Assembly (NCBI GenBank): GCA_001662655.1
Contig: KV460238.1
DNA length: 64,000 nucleotides
Reading direction: 5' to 3' (one strand)
DNA from: Pseudogymnoascus verrucosus
Lineage: Eukaryota
The notes under the pieces are model-generated. The model saw only the letters and a program-made list of their open reading frames with translations, was not told where the DNA came from and ran no database searches. Below are positions 1-14,015 of this stretch, piece by piece. Position 1 is the stretch's first letter, and every line of letters starts with the position of its first letter. The position numbers were made by a program, and so were the translations under genes.

Positions 1-103
1 ATCCCTGGCTAATGTGACGTTCATCTTGATATTTGGGGTTGATTGGGCATGTTGACGTGGGTTCATGTGTGCTGGGAAGTTCGGAATTCTTGAGAGCAGG
101 CAT
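1..103 (-). CDS. Possible 5' end of a gene running off the left edge (MPALKNSELPSTHEPTSTCPINPKYQDERHISQG...)
   Basis: ATG at 103 on the minus strand with an open frame to position 1. Only 34 codons are visible and there is no recognisable motif. Confidence 0.25.
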   Translation of the reverse strand, partial: MPALKNSELPSTHEPTSTCPINPKYQDERHISQG

Positions 104-2324
104 TCAACAGTCAAGGGGTGATAAAGCAAGCTGATAAAGGGACTTTATTTCAACAGTTTTGGAGTAGCAGGAAGTTTCTGGAAATGTTTTTTGGGAAACA
201 AAGAAAATAGGAGCGCTTAAGTGAATTAACTTACTCTCGCGGCTGGAAAGCAACTTACATGGTCACCATTCGACCAATATAGCCACAAGACACCATAAGC
301 CAATTCTTTCTGCCTCATAGCCTACCATTTGTAGCAATATAATCGTTATCCTCAATTCTCAATATTAGAATTATAGAAGGGCAACCTTTGCATCGCCAGA
401 TAATATCATCACAACAGAGAAGACACAGGGAGCCTCAGAGTCACCAAAACGCACACAAGAGGAGGGACAGGCTAGCTACGGCCGTATGAGATACAACGGA
501 GCAAACTAAAGAGATATTCCAAAAATGACAAGTAACATGACTCGCTATTGAGTATTACACCTACATGAACCCTCACGATCAGAGCAACGCCCTGGTATTC
601 GGCAGCAGCAGCTAAAATAGTCTTAGTTACTAAGTTCAGGAATGATCCTGGATACGCCCTAGGTCGCTCAAATCAAGGCCATCAATACGTGGTGCGTCTC
701 AAACATCCCTGAACCCTCGGGACAAAACCAAAGCCCCAATCTTCACAGCTGTCAAATCGGCTGGATGGCAACAGCGGCAATGGCATTGGAGACGCTTCGG
801 GCCGTTCCTATCGGGACAGATGGCGTTTACCCCTATCAGTGACGTTTTCACTGCAACACAACCAGCTTGAAGAGATGCTGTATGAACCTGGCCGCAGGCA
901 AATCACCACATTGCTGAAGAGTAACCAGCTCGCTCCCCTGTGGCAGACACCCAAATGCCGATATGCAGGTGTTATCAAATGGGGTATAGGATCTAACACG
1001 GAAAAGCAAACAATCCCTCCTCCAATGAGGGGCGTAGTGTTCCCAACAAGGATTCATATGTGGGTGCATGTCGTATTGTCGGTTGCGGGGAACTGAGCTG
1101 CAGGACCCTCAAACCTGAGACCCAGCCCGTGGCTTTATACTGGTAGACAACGAGATTGGATGTTGTACGCCGGAGCTGAACCAAAGGGTCGGTGCAAACC
1201 AACGCCAGCGACGCAAGGGCGACATGTTTGATGTATAACATGACATATCGCCTGCAGTGAAGCAAACACAATCCGCTGATGGTTTTCTGTTAACAAGCTT
1301 AATTGCTTCTCAATCAAAATCGGCGATGACAAACTCAGGGATGCTGCATGGGCATGGGGAGGGATCAACAGACGCTACAAGCGCACGTTGCCATTTCGGG
1401 ATCTCCGTCAGGGGCTCCGACAGCCCCGGTACATGGTTTTGGTCCCATGCTGCAGCGCCAATAGTAAAACCCCACCAACGTGGTGGGAATGTCTAACTGC
1501 ATATCATGTCTAATTCACACCATATTCAGCGTGTAATGGCCTCCTGTGGCGCAAGGTCCTAACGAACGAGAGCTACAAGAGCTGCATATACTGACACTAG
1601 CTTGGTGACAGTCTCGCATGACACGCAACACTTGCTCTTCAATCACAGCGCCTTCTCCGGGCGCAAATTAGCCGTGTAACAGTGTAGTAACGCTGTGCAG
1701 TAACATCGCCAAGGAGAGTTGTTCATTCCTTTTCATGGTACAGCAGGGCTAAGGCTATTCCGACCATACGGTGTTAGATTAGACTCTGATGATTGAGCCC
1801 ATTGGGTAGCTAGGTCTCTGCTTCCAGGTCCAATAACACCTCGCACCAGCAATTGTGGTATTGTGTGGGCACGGACTAAATGTCGGCTGCACAGTTGGGC
1901 GAATAGTCCAATTCTTAGAATTCTTGGACCAATTTATGTGAGAACAGATGATATTCATCAACCATCGCGCAATGGAAACAATTATATAGGGCATCAGGGT
2001 ATTCGGGCTCGTACAATAACCTTGTTATGTTTAACTTGGCGACTGGGCCTTTCTCACTTGAAAAACAGGTCACCATGATGCCTGAGACGCTCTCTTTCCT
2101 CCTTGTGCTACCCACCTGGGAAGGAGCGATTTATGCATTAGTTAGCCACCAAATACTATTTGCTCTGTGAATCCTCTTCAGAGTCTAGTCACTAAGATCA
2201 ACCAGCGTGCACTAACCTACACACCGCCCCCAAATCAAATGTGAGGCACCTGGAGTACTTTAAGTGGACAGGCCCTCCGCAGCGTTTGACAGTTCAAGCA
2301 AATTCATGATCTGTGACCTTGTCC

Positions 2325-4038
2325 ATGATGCTGCGTCTCCCTGGTCGTCTAGGAGCCCGTCGGGCTGGGTCATCGCCTCACTACCTCGTTCGTGCTGCCA
2401 GCGTCGTCACAAACAATTCTCGGGACATGCTTGCAGCTGGCTCTCGTCGTCTCATATCGAGCTCACCCAGGCACGTACAGCAAGCTGCCGCCGCCAGCGT
2501 CAGAGTTGAGAAGCATCACGAAAGCAATTTTCAGCTGCCTCAGAAAGAAGTTGTCCCTGGTGGAGTTCCTTACTGGCAGAAAGTCGGTATTTGGACGGAT
2601 GTGCCAGAGGATAAATTTCTCAACTATCAGTGGCAGGTCAATCACTCCGTGCCGACGTACATCCCCCTTTCCCTGTCTAACTATTTCAGATCAAGAATAC
2701 GGTTCAAGGAGAGAGCAAGCTGCTTCAATTCCTGGAGGGCGTTCTCCCTGAGAGACTCCCATCTCCGCGCGATCCTAACTCGCCACTTTCCCAGATCAAG
2801 ACCAGAAATGATTTTCTCAATGAGGTCAAGGAGGCTATTCGTATTGCCCCAATGGCCATTCGCATCACGCCTCACACCCTCAGCGTTGCTGACTGGAGCA
2901 ATCCTTTTGAGGATCCCATTCGCCGGCAGTTCGTCCCGCTGAGGGCCTCCTTGCTGCCAGACCACCCAAAGTTGACTCTCGATTCTCTCGGTGAAGAACA
3001 TGATTCCCCCGTTAAAGGCTTAGTTCACCGTTATCCTGATAAGGCTCTGTTCCTTGGTAAGTTACGCTATTGCAACTTCAAAATTTGAGGCGGATTTCTG
3101 ACAGCAAAGTAGCTACTTCAGTGTGCAATGTCTATTGCCGTTTCTGTAAGTTATAACCCAAATCGGCACTATAAGCACGATGACTAAACCGCATCCAAGG
3201 CACTCGGTCTTACGCCATCGGCGCCGACACAGAAACAGTAACCAAGAACTCTCTAAAGCCCACTCGCAGGCGCTGGGACGAGATGTTCGATTACATCGCC
3301 TCCACTCCTGCCCTCTCCGATATTGTCATCTCCGGCGGCGACGCCTACTACCTAACCCCCGACCAGCTGTATGATATCGGCATACGTCTCCTCGACATTC
3401 CACATATCCGCCGTTTCCGCTTTGCAACCAAAGGTCTTGCTGTCTGCCCCTCACGCATCTTGGATCCAACAGACTCCTGGACATCTGCCCTCATCGCCGT
3501 CTCCAACGCCGGCCGCAAGATGGGCAAAATGGTTGCCGTACACACACACTTCAACCACCCATCAGAGGTCACATGGGTGAGTCGGGCGGCATCCCAGAAG
3601 CTCTTCGCTGCGGGTGTTGTGGTACGCAACCAAAGCGTGCTTTTGCGTGGAGTGAACGACGATCTGGGCACAATGAAAGCGTTGATTCGCGGCCTGGCGG
3701 ATATGGCTATTACGCCGTACTATGTGTACCAAGGTGATATGGTGGCAGGAGTGGAAGACCTACGCACCCCGCTCCGCACCATTCTCGAGCTCGAAAGTCA
3801 GATTCGTGGCTCCATTGCTGGCTTCATGACACCACAATTTGTTGTCGATCTTCCCGGCGGAGGGGGCAAAAGACTCGCAGCATCATATCAGAGCTACGAT
3901 TCCAAGACAGGTGTCTCACGGTTCATTGCACCAGCGGTTAAGGGCGGAGAGACAGTATATGAATATCATGATCCAGAGTGGAGCTTACCAAAGGCCGAAG
4001 GGGCTGGCAAGGGCGGTAATGGAAACATGACAGGATAG
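2325..4038 (+). CDS. L-lysine 2,3-aminomutase (KamA-family radical SAM/PLP enzyme) with a predicted mitochondrial presequence
   Basis: Introns at 2637-2689, 3057-3112 and 3146-3199. Splicing gives GLVHRYPDKALFL-ATSVCNVYCRFCTRSY (CxxxCxxC), ISGGD, HTHFNHPSE, RNQSVLLRGVNDD, PYYVYQGD and VVDLPGGGGK (PLP lysine). The N-terminus is Arg/Ser/Ala-rich and acid-free. Confidence 0.9.
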
Positions 4039-4665
4039 CGTTCTTATTCCCGGGCAAGTATTTTTTGAGATAAAGCAGGTGATACCCAGGGATTGGTTTG
4101 GGGTGCATTATTTGTCGACTGCCAACTGGAACATGCATCGGCTGGGACATGCATGCTAGGAACTAGTCAATGTGGCGTTAAACTTTTGTTTGTATTAATC
4201 ATGGATGGATGCATGGGCTTCTGCATTTTTGCGGGGTACAATTGCTACGAGGGTAACAACAGTCTGCGGATCGGACGGCCCTGTCATCTGGGCCTCCGGT
4301 CAATATTATTATTATTATTTATTGTAATGTCAGCCTAGCTGAAAGGACCGTGTTTGAGGCATGTGTTGTAATTTGCCCCGAGTCCCCGATCTTGTGGTGG
4401 CAAAGACACAATATTCGAGACAAGTTACACCAGCAAACCCCTCCTTTTGTACGAAGAGGTAGAGGATGTCATTGCCTTTCAAGGAAGTTAATCACTTGAC
4501 ATATTTGCTGTCTCCGTGGAACGACTGCGAGAGCTATCCTGATGTAAATCTTGTCTGGAGGCTGTGTGACCAGACACGTCACGCCCGCCACTGATCGGCA
4601 GTCGATATGATAGTCGGCATTACCCTAATTTCGATTGGATGAACTGCATCAGGTCATCCATATTC

Positions 4666-5794
4666 TCAGCTTCCCCGCCCTCGTCCTCGACCTCTCCTGG
4701 TAACGCTTGCAGACATGTCATCCTTGAAGTGCCTAATAATGGCCTTGTCCATCTCGCGCTTAGACTCCAGGGTCGCAACCTGCTGCTGCAGGTCTTCGAT
4801 TTTAGCGTCTCTAGCCTTCAGCGCAAGCCGAGTGACATCTCGGCCCTTCTCGATGCCTGAATTCTTCAGGGCATATCGATTAAGTAGATTCCGTAAATTG
4901 GCGATGGTCTCGTCTTCGATTGGCTGCCCTTCAAGCAGCTGCAGGACCTCTGCTGTAATGTCATAATCTGCCGATCTGCTGCCGCGAGTCTCAGCCACAG
5001 AAGTGAAATCAAGTCGCCGATTGGGGGTTGGTGATGCAGAAGGGCTCATGAGGCCGCGTTTGGAGGCGCTGGCTAGCCCCAAGGGTTCTAGACGAGCGGA
5101 TATGGGGGTTCTGAATACATCCTCATCCCGCGTTGTTGCAGTAGTGGCTGGCGTAGGCCATGGACCTTCTCCGCTCCGTATCCTCTTACTCCCCGGAGTT
5201 GAAAAATCGCTCGTCTTCAGTGCTTTGCGCGGTGTCTCAGGTGGCTTCATAGATGATGCCCTCTCTGCAGCCTCCACAGCCTCGATCTCGTCTTCAGCGC
5301 CCAATGGCCACTCTCCATATTCATCCTCGTCATCCTTGTCCAGATCAATAACCTTTCCCCCATTCATCGTATCATAACCCCCGCTTCGCTCCGTATCTTC
5401 TGCTCGGCTGTTGGGTTTCTTCGGGGTTGTAGACGGTCCCGCTTCTGACCTCGAATTATGAAGCACAGTCCTCATCTCCCTACTTTTTGCATCATCGTCC
5501 CAAAGAAAGAACCCGCAGGACTGCTCCTTCGGCTCTTGACATGTATAGAACCATCGGCCCTTGTTCACTGATTCCTTCTTGACCTGGAAATGGGAAGCTG
5601 GCATTCGTGGAGAGCAATTGCCTGCAAGCCTGTTAGCCTTGGTGCGTAATTTGTGGGTTGGGGAGAGCCATACAGCGCCAGACACCATCCACGAAGAGGC
5701 CCTTTTTGGATTGCATCTTGATCGGACTACCGCTCAACTGTCTCCCTCCGCCAGATTTGGTGGGAGTAACCGGCTCCATGCTAGGGGAATCCAT
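4666..5794 (-). CDS. GRF-type zinc finger protein with a C-terminal coiled coil
   Basis: ATG at 5794. Intron 5622-5673 joins GLFVDGVWRC-NCSPR...NKGRWFYTC...CGFFLWDD, a zf-GRF signature. Confidence 0.8.
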
Positions 5795-6527
5795 TATTCC
5801 TATTGCTTCGTCAAAGCAGTCGCATAATGGAATGCGCCACCCGTCTTTGTTTACGTCGTCATCAGTATCGTACAAAAGATCTGCCGCTATTAGCCTCGCC
5901 TTTTGCCAGCTATGAATGCTGCATTTAGTTAGAGACAAAGCAATCAAGCTAGAGTCTATTCTGCGCCGTAATTAATAATTCCAAGCCACAGTGTCGATGG
6001 AGAACGAAGGCGCGGGGCTGGTGGTGACAGCGTCATAACTTTTGAGATAACGGGACCAGCCGGACGTCGGGGAAACCCTACATTTTGTCAGCCTCGCCTT
6101 ACAGCGCTCAGCGTTGTCGGAACTCAAACTCTGTTTCACTCGCCATAATATTTCCCAATTTTCTAAATGTTATATAGAACCATCTTCTTCCTATAGTTGC
6201 TATAAATGGAGCCATGTACAGTCGTCCCTCTTCTAGCTTTTGGGCGACATGAGTACGCGTGGGCGCCCTCCAGCCTCATCCATGTGGACAAGTCTCATAA
6301 CTTGCCACATATGTACATTATCACAATGATTGCATAGCTTTTAATCAGGAATAAATCTTTTTGTTTAGTTTACAGAATTATGGCTAGTACTGCTCTATCC
6401 ATCATTCTTCTCACATCTCGATCAAAAAACAATGCAACGCAACCCACTCCAACCAGCACCTATGCTACATACTGCGAGTTGAAACTCATTTGGCCTCCAT
6501 GCCAACCCCAGAACATCGAACGAAGGT

Positions 6528-8694
6528 TTAGTAGACACGCTTGAAAGGAGGGACAGCCTTGCACTCTTCCTCATCTAGGGTGTGGTTCACAACGGCACGG
6601 TAAGAAAGGTCGACCTTTCCTTGCGGCTTCTGCCATGTGAGCGTGTGCTTTTGCCAGTTCTTGTCATCTCTCTCTGGGTAATCCTCGCGGGCGTGGGCAC
6701 CACGGGACTCCTTCCTGTTCGCTGCTGCCTCGGCGGTTTGCACGCTGTTTATTATGTCAGTTATCGTTCAATAGATGATACAAGGGTTAAACTTACGCGC
6801 AGGTCAACAAGTTCCTAAGCTCCAAGGTCTCGACCAAGTCGGAGTTCCAGATCATGCTGCGGTCCTTAATACCGACCTCTGGGAATGTCTGGTCAACCTC
6901 GTTGATTCTCTTAACACCCTCATCCAAAGACTCTTGAGTACGGAACACGGAGACATCAGTCTGCATAACCTTCTGCATAGAAGTTCTGATATCGTTGGTG
7001 CTCCTTGGTCCGTCAGAAGTACGGATCTTGTCCAAGAAAGCAATAGAGTCGGCACCAGCATCAGCGCTGATCTCCTTGTGGGGCATGCCGGGCTCGAAGT
7101 TGTCACGGACAGTGTGGGAAACGGCACGACCGAAGACGATAAGATCCAGAAGGGAGTTGGCTCCGAGACGGTTGGCACCGTGGACGGACACACAGGCGGC
7201 TTCACCACAGGCGAAAAGACCGGGAACAACCTTGTCCTTGCCAGCCTCGTCGACGGTAAGAACCTCACCAGTGTACTTGGTTGGGATACCACCCATATTG
7301 TAGTGGACGGTAGGGAGAACTGGGATAGGCTGCTTGGTGACATCAACACCAGAGAAGATAGATGCGGTCTCAGAGATACCTGGGAGACGCTCGTGGAGAA
7401 CATCAGCAGGAAGATGGCTGAGCTGGAGGTAGATGTGGTCCTTGTCTGGGCCAACACCACGACCCTCGCGGATCTCCATGGTCATGGAACGGGAAACAAC
7501 GTCACGGGATGCAAGATCCTTTGCAGTTGGTGCGTATCTCTCCATAAATCTCTCGCCCTCGGAGTTAAGGAGGTAACCACCCTCACCACGAGCACCCTCA
7601 GTGATCAAGCAGCCGGCACCGTAGATACCAGTTGGGTGGAACTGGACGAACTCCAGATCCTGGTTAGGGAGACCAGCACGAGCAACCATAGCCATTCCGT
7701 CACCAGTGCAAGTGTGTGCAGAGGTGCAAGAGAAGTAGGCACGTCCGTAACCTCCAGTGGCCAAAACCGTGTTGTGTGCGCGGAATCTGTGAAGAGTTCC
7801 ATCCTCCTGGTTGTAGGCAAGAACACCCTTGCACTCGCCGTCCTCCATGATCAGGTCAAGGGCGAAGTACTCAATAAAATAGTTTGTGTTGTGGCGGAGA
7901 GATTGTCCGTAAAGAGTGTGAAGAAGAGCGTGTCCGGTTCTGTCAGCGGCAGCGCAGCATCTGTATGCCTGGCCACCCTTTCCGAAGTCTTGCGATTGAC
8001 CACCGAACGCACGCTGGTAGATCTTTCCGTCCTCGGTTCTAGAGAATGGGCAACCGTAGTTCTCCAACTCAATGACGGACGCCGGCGCCTCTCTCGTCAT
8101 GTAATGGATGGCATCCTGGTCTCCCAGCCAATCCGAACCCTTAACTGTGTCGTACATGTGCCATCTCCAGTCATCCTCGTGCATGTTGCCTAACGCAGCA
8201 TTGATTCCACCCTGTGCAGCCACCGTGTGGGATCTTGTCGGGAAAAGTTTCGAGATACAGGCGGTGTTGAAACCAGCTTCGGCAAGACCGAAGGCGGCAC
8301 GAAGACCAGCTCCACCGGCTCCGACAACAATCGCATCGTACTCATGGTCCTACAGATTCTTAGTATCGTCGCGATAGAGCTTCGAAGTGCGTGAACATAC
8401 GATGACCGGGTATTGGTTGCCGAGGAAAGGAGAAGATTCTTTGGCACGAAGAGGCGCGTGTGTGATGATGCGCGCTGCAAGGCAATGGGTTAGCTGACTT
8501 GCAATGCCTCCAATAGACTCAGGTATACACACCAGCAGGTCTGGTAGAGGAAAATGCTCTTGCTTGAGTTCTCAATGCCCTCGCGACCTAGATAATACGG
8601 GTTAGCGGTGCTTCCGGGCGTCCTCGGCTCATGGAACAGGAAACTGGCGTACCGAAGGGCCAGCAGTGAAGCGGCGCATAGCGATTGAAGACAT
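6528..8694 (-). CDS. SDH1: Succinate dehydrogenase flavoprotein subunit, mitochondrial
   Basis: Presequence MSSIAMRRF at 8694, three short 5' introns and one 3' intron. Motifs [16 protein letters not shown] (covalent FAD His), QFHPTG and [13 protein letters not shown]; ends VPPFKRVY. Confidence 0.97.
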
Positions 8695-9251
8695 TTTGGA
8701 CTATCTTGACACCAGGACCGAGGATTGTCAAGGAATGTCGCTCGTGGGGAAGGAGAACGAAAGTAGATCGCGATGTTTGATGTCGTCGTTGTATTCCCAA
8801 GATCCACGGATTGCTAGAGCATAATAGGCTCGCTACTATTGGTTGGAGCTTGACGCACTTGCCGACGGAAAGCCGAGAATCTTTTACGGTTCATCGCAAC
8901 CTATTTCTCCCGACTATTTGGGGGTCAATGGAAGTACCGATTTAATATCAAGTGCTTGCCTTGTAATAGTTGTTTATTTAGTACTGTTAAGTTAGATTTT
9001 CTTCCAGTTATCAAAGATGGAACATTTAATATGCAAATTCTGGTCAATTCACATATATTGTCAATCATGAGTTCTGTGATCACATGCTTTGTCAATGGAC
9101 AGATTCTCGACAGGAAAATAATGATATTCACACACGCACTCATAGAATAAGTAGCCTATGCATTCCAGTATCACCCCTTTCTCCAATTCATGTACTATTT
9201 ACATACAGACTACAAATCCCATTTGTTATGAGTGTATAAACCTCTCGTCTC

Positions 9252-12200
9252 TCAATCCGAGAGAACCATTCTCAGCATGCTGACGAAATTTTCCTGCAAC
9301 TTATGAACTTCGGAAACCTCTGGCTTCTGGGGTTCTCCAGCGGTCCTCCTGAGGATGTCTTGCCTCCGAGCCCTTCTCTTCCTCTCCGCTGTGATGGGAT
9401 CTAACTCGTCATCGTCGTTCTCCTCGTCATCTACATCTTCCTCGCTGTAATCCATATCCTCTAGATCTGTCTGGTCTATGCCAAAATCACTACTGCTGAA
9501 AGCAATGCCTCCTGGGACAGCTTCAGGTTGGGTGCCTGTCCCATCGGCAGCCATCTTTTGGCGGGTTTTCTCATTATGCCATTGCTTCCTGGCTTCTTGC
9601 CACCCAATGAGCTCGTCGACTTCTTTCTTAACCTTCTCGGGGTCTACTTGATTAACAGATGCAGCGCCGGCAAAGAGGGCATTGATGTCGAGCTTTCCGC
9701 CCTTTGGACCTTGGCGCAGGAATTCCAAAATACCTTCTATCCAACCCATGAGTTTTTCGAAAAGCCCATCATCGTGGAGATGGACTTCGTGGACAAATTT
9801 GTAGAAATTGTGTTCGTGACGCTGGCAGAGATCTATAAACGCTTGAACTGTCTGGTTCGGATCCGTAGCTATGTCTTGCTCGTGGCATTTGTCGACGACC
9901 TATGCCAAGTCAGTAATATGGCCACTAATACAATCAAACGACTTACCTGTATCATGTCATCAATGAAAACCGAGAAATCAGTCACACTGTTGTAAACATT
10001 GGCGGATTTATACACCCTAACGAGTGGCTCATAGAATATCGTAAACAGGTCGCGAAGAAGCTGAAGGGTGACAGGCTCTTCGATCAGCCCCAGCAGCATC
10101 GACTTGTCACGCTGTCGCGTGAAAAGCTTGAGGAGCTGCTTTAGATATGAGAAAAGGTGGGCCCCTTGCTTCATCTCATCGTCAACGTTGTCCACGGCGC
10201 TATTCCAGGCGACGTAGGCATTGAAAATCTTTGCGATCTGTGGTCCATTCAATGGTGGCTCGATCAGTTCACTCCGAAGAATAGAAACAATCAAGTCCAC
10301 TTGATCCGACTCAGATTCAGCGCGGATGATGTTCTTAATCTCTTCGTCGGCGTACGTGAATAATCTCAGCTTATCAGAAAAGACCGGTTCGTCAATGTTC
10401 TTGACCAAAGAATCAATCGACTTCTGGTAAGCTCTGACCCCTTCGTTTAGCGCCATGCTGAAGATTCGTTGCATCAGTGATCGTGCACCAAATGGCTGGG
10501 CAAGGAATATGTCCAGTATGCTGGACATCACCGCAGCAGGATTCGCTATCCGGATTGCGTTCTTGATTAAAGTGTAAGGAATCATGGAATGGGCCTTCTT
10601 GACCTGCGCAAACACCTCAGGGGAGTTATCCTCAGCAAGGAATAGATGATATATGGTGGCTGCAACCTCGATTCGGAGCCACTCGCAGAACTTCTGATAT
10701 TGCAAGCTCATATCTTGGATGCTCTCCTTGACCTTGATCTCCTTGAATAGCTTGGTCAAGCCGTTGGTTTCAATAATGTCTCGGCGGAACCTGTCACAGT
10801 TAGTATTCAATTTCAGGAGACATATATATGTTGACTCACTCTTCCATGTATATGTCCAATTCAGCAGCTCGTTTCCGAGCGATTTCATAGAATTTCTTTT
10901 GCTCTTTCAATCTTTTCTCGTCCATCAGTCTTCGCCTGTCGATATCATTAACGTCGTCATCGCTGGGTGTAATATGGTGATGGGTTAGGAACTCTTCCAT
11001 CGCCTTTGAACGAGCAATATCGGGGTTCCCTAGGAGTGTGCGGAGAAACGCCCTCAGCGAAATTCGTTGGGATTCACGTGGAAGCACCACAGGCTGCACA
11101 GGTAAGCTAAATACTGACAAAGACGGGTTTGGAAAACGTACGTCGTGATCGTTCGTGTTGTTAGAGTTTGATATCGATCGGTTCGATCGGTTCGACCGGT
11201 TGTCTATAGAGTTCCGAGGTGAAGATCCGTCAACGCCGAGAGTTTGTCCCGATGCCGATCGTCGGTGGCCTTTGAGAATGTTAGAATTCGATCGCAAAGG
11301 ATCATTGTGAAGTTTTTTTACCTTCTACGGCCAGCATTCGCATCGACGCAGTAGTGGTCGCTGCCCCATCTGCTGCTGAAGTTGCCTGAGTGGAAACAGA
11401 AGATAACGAAGACGAATCACTGTCCTCACCCTTCGAGGAACCGAATAGGTTCGATGCTGTTGAGTTCTGTTTATTCTTCTTCGGTGGTGCTGGTAAGATC
11501 TTTCCTGGAAACTCGTTCCGCAGGTTTCTGTGCAGCTTTAAGAAATCGCCATATCTGCGGCCAGTGAAGTATGGCAGCTCTCCCTTCTTCCTTATTCTAA
11601 GAATAAACTCCTAAAAACAGATAATCAGTAACAGCCACAAATACCTGACATGGATGTCTTCATTTGACGTTGTTCACTCACAGCGTGCGGGTGGTGTCTG
11701 ATGTTCCTCTTCACAGATGTAATCCTTACACCTGCGATGTTAACGTCCCAGCCGTATAAGTAGTTTCCTTCCGGTAGTGTAGACAGGACACCTTGCTCAA
11801 TAGCTCCTGATTCAACGACACCCATTTCCGCGAACTTAATGCGCTCTTCATATCCAGAGGACGTAGGGATACCAGAAACCATCATCAGCTCGACCAGCTT
11901 CTGGGCTTTAAGGGACAATTTCCTGCGTTTTGTTTCCTCTAGACGATCTTCAGACGACGATATACGCTTATTTGCGAACGATTCGAGAAACTACAGGGTC
12001 GTCAGCGCGCATTCACAGTAAGGGTCTGTTTAGTCCGACTTACCACTTGTAGCTTATCCTGCCAGAACTCCTTCTCCTTCGCTTTATCCAAAAACGGGAA
12101 CTCGCGAACATGATGAACGAAGATATATCGCAAAATAGGTAGGTCTGAGTCTAACGGAGAGACTTCGCCAAATTCGGATCTGAAGGGCGCGCCGAATCTC

Positions 12201-12450
12201 TGGAGCGCTGTGGGCGAACTGAGCTCGTTGATTTCGGCTGTCACTTGTTGAGAAATGAGTTCCCGCTTGAGATCTGAGCCAAGTTAGCGGGAGAGGTCTG
12301 TAGGCAGGAAAACGAGGACATACAATGCTCTTGCTTCCCGCTGAGCTCATTGCCGCCGGCATTTTGCGGGGCTGCTGGCTGAGCAGCTACCTTGGAGGCA
12401 TTCAGATCTTGGACAGAATTCTCGCGGGGATCTGTAGCGTGAGCAGACAT
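9252..12450 (-). CDS. PX-domain protein of the YPR097W/Lec1 type (PX-associated N- and C-terminal domains)
   Basis: Multi-exon gene. Segments ELSSPTALQRFGAPF, FVHHVREFPFL..EFWQDKLQ, LPRESQRISLRAFLRTLL, IEVAATIYHLFLAEDNS and DLFTIFYEPLVRVYKSA. Confidence 0.85.
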
Positions 12451-13216
12451 CCCTTCAATACTCGAGCGCTTCAGCTGCTGATTTTTTCGTGTTTTAGAGA
12501 CTCAGGAGAATTTGGGATTGCTGTCACGAAGTGATGTTATATTTGGTGGGGTAGCTCTGCTTTGCTGACGAGAGGTCCGGGCGCTTCAGTATAAGCACGA
12601 CAAACACAACAGAACCAAAATCGACTTGCTAAACCAAAAACTAAAATATGTAGGCGATAGTTATATACTTTGGACGAAAACTAATCTATCAGCGCATTTT
12701 TACGGGAAGGCCGACGAAGATACGCTTTTCCTGTTCCTGCCACTGCTGTACCCCCCGAGGGCCATGCCAAGAGATCGATCAGAAGATCCCCACAGCGGTG
12801 ACGTCCGCTGACGACGCCAGCAACTTAGGAGGACGTATTGTGTCAGCCCCACCATTTATGTTTACTTTGGAGTGCATATAGTTACATTTTACGAGCACCG
12901 GGACGAAAATAATTGCCGCAATCCTTAATTTTCATGATACTATTTATGGTTAGCTACAATAGACATATAGTGTCACAGAATTGTAAATTTGGAGCAGTTT
13001 ACGTTGGAGTCAATATGGCGACCCCTCACATACAAGTCACCGTGCAGGTAGCCAAGGCCGGACCAAGGCAATATAAAGGAAATGATCTTGGCTCTCATTG
13101 CCGTATCCGTTGAGTCCACTTTCAATGAACCAGACTCAAGCTATTTGGCTTCTCGCAGACATCTCAGACATCACAGTTCGAGGCAGTAGTTTCCAATAGT
13201 TGTGGTAATATTAACA

Positions 13217-14015
13217 TTATAATTCGTCGAATACCTTAAGCCGTGGATCTTCCTCGAGAGTGTCGTTTGGTGACTTTCGTAGCCCCTCCAGGACCTTAGA
13301 AACTTCAGTCTCTATAGTCAGGCTCTCATTTACCAGACCTCTCTCGAAGTCTAGCACACCACTCTTAATGTTCTGGGCGTTCAGTCCATCCATTATGCCC
13401 GGTACTGGGCTCCGTGCTGGTGTATATTGGAATATGAGCAGTCCCACCAGCACCACCACTGTTGTAGCGCTGAGGCCCCAGAAGAGCTTGATTCTCTTTC
13501 GGGTCTTCTCCTGCCACTGGTCTTCAACCTTGGCCCATCCCTCTGCCCTCTTCCTGATCACTTCGACTCTGGCCCCTAGCTTGTTCACCTTATCCCTGCC
13601 GGTCTGTATCCGCGCCTGTAAAGCTTCTATCTTCGTCTGTGGTTCTTTGAAGTCACCAAAGGCCTTTATCTGCTCTTGAATCTCCCTCGCAACATCTTGT
13701 GAATCATCATCAAAGTCTTCGTTTAGCTGCCTTGCGATCAAAGACAGCTCTTTCAGTGAGGCAATCGAAGCTTGCAGTACACTGAGCTTCTCTAGGACGG
13801 AATAATAAGTATTATCGAGGCGGCTCGTTGTGGTATTTGAGAGTATTCGTAAATCATGTAGGGACTTCCTTGGATCCCTGGGGAAGACATCAGTGACGGC
13901 CACTGTATATGTAAGGGACTACTTACCCAACAACAAGGTCCCTGTCCTTGCTTCCTATCCCGATAGCGTCAGAAAGACGCTTCCTCTGCTCGGGCGCAGC
14001 TTCATTTGCAGACAT
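13217..14015 (-). CDS. Hypothetical coiled-coil protein with one C-terminal-region transmembrane helix
   Basis: ATG at 14015 (MSANEAAPEQ...), one intron at about 13880-13926, then a long helical exon with hydrophobic LFWGLSATTVVVLVGLLIF. The true start is uncertain. Confidence 0.65.

Noticed and set aside
808..2115. Short ORFs upstream of the aminomutase as possible partner genes or transposon relics
   Set aside because: No recognisable domains, consistent splice pattern or coding bias.
6775..8193. 472-aa ORF on the + strand
   Set aside because: It is the antisense shadow of the highly codon-biased SDH1 exon and has no motifs of its own.
8837..8841. CCAAT box (ATTGG) upstream of SDH1 as a CBC:HapX site
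   Set aside because: Biologically plausible, but the downstream spacing does not cleanly match CSAAT-N12-RWT, leaving only a 5-mer.
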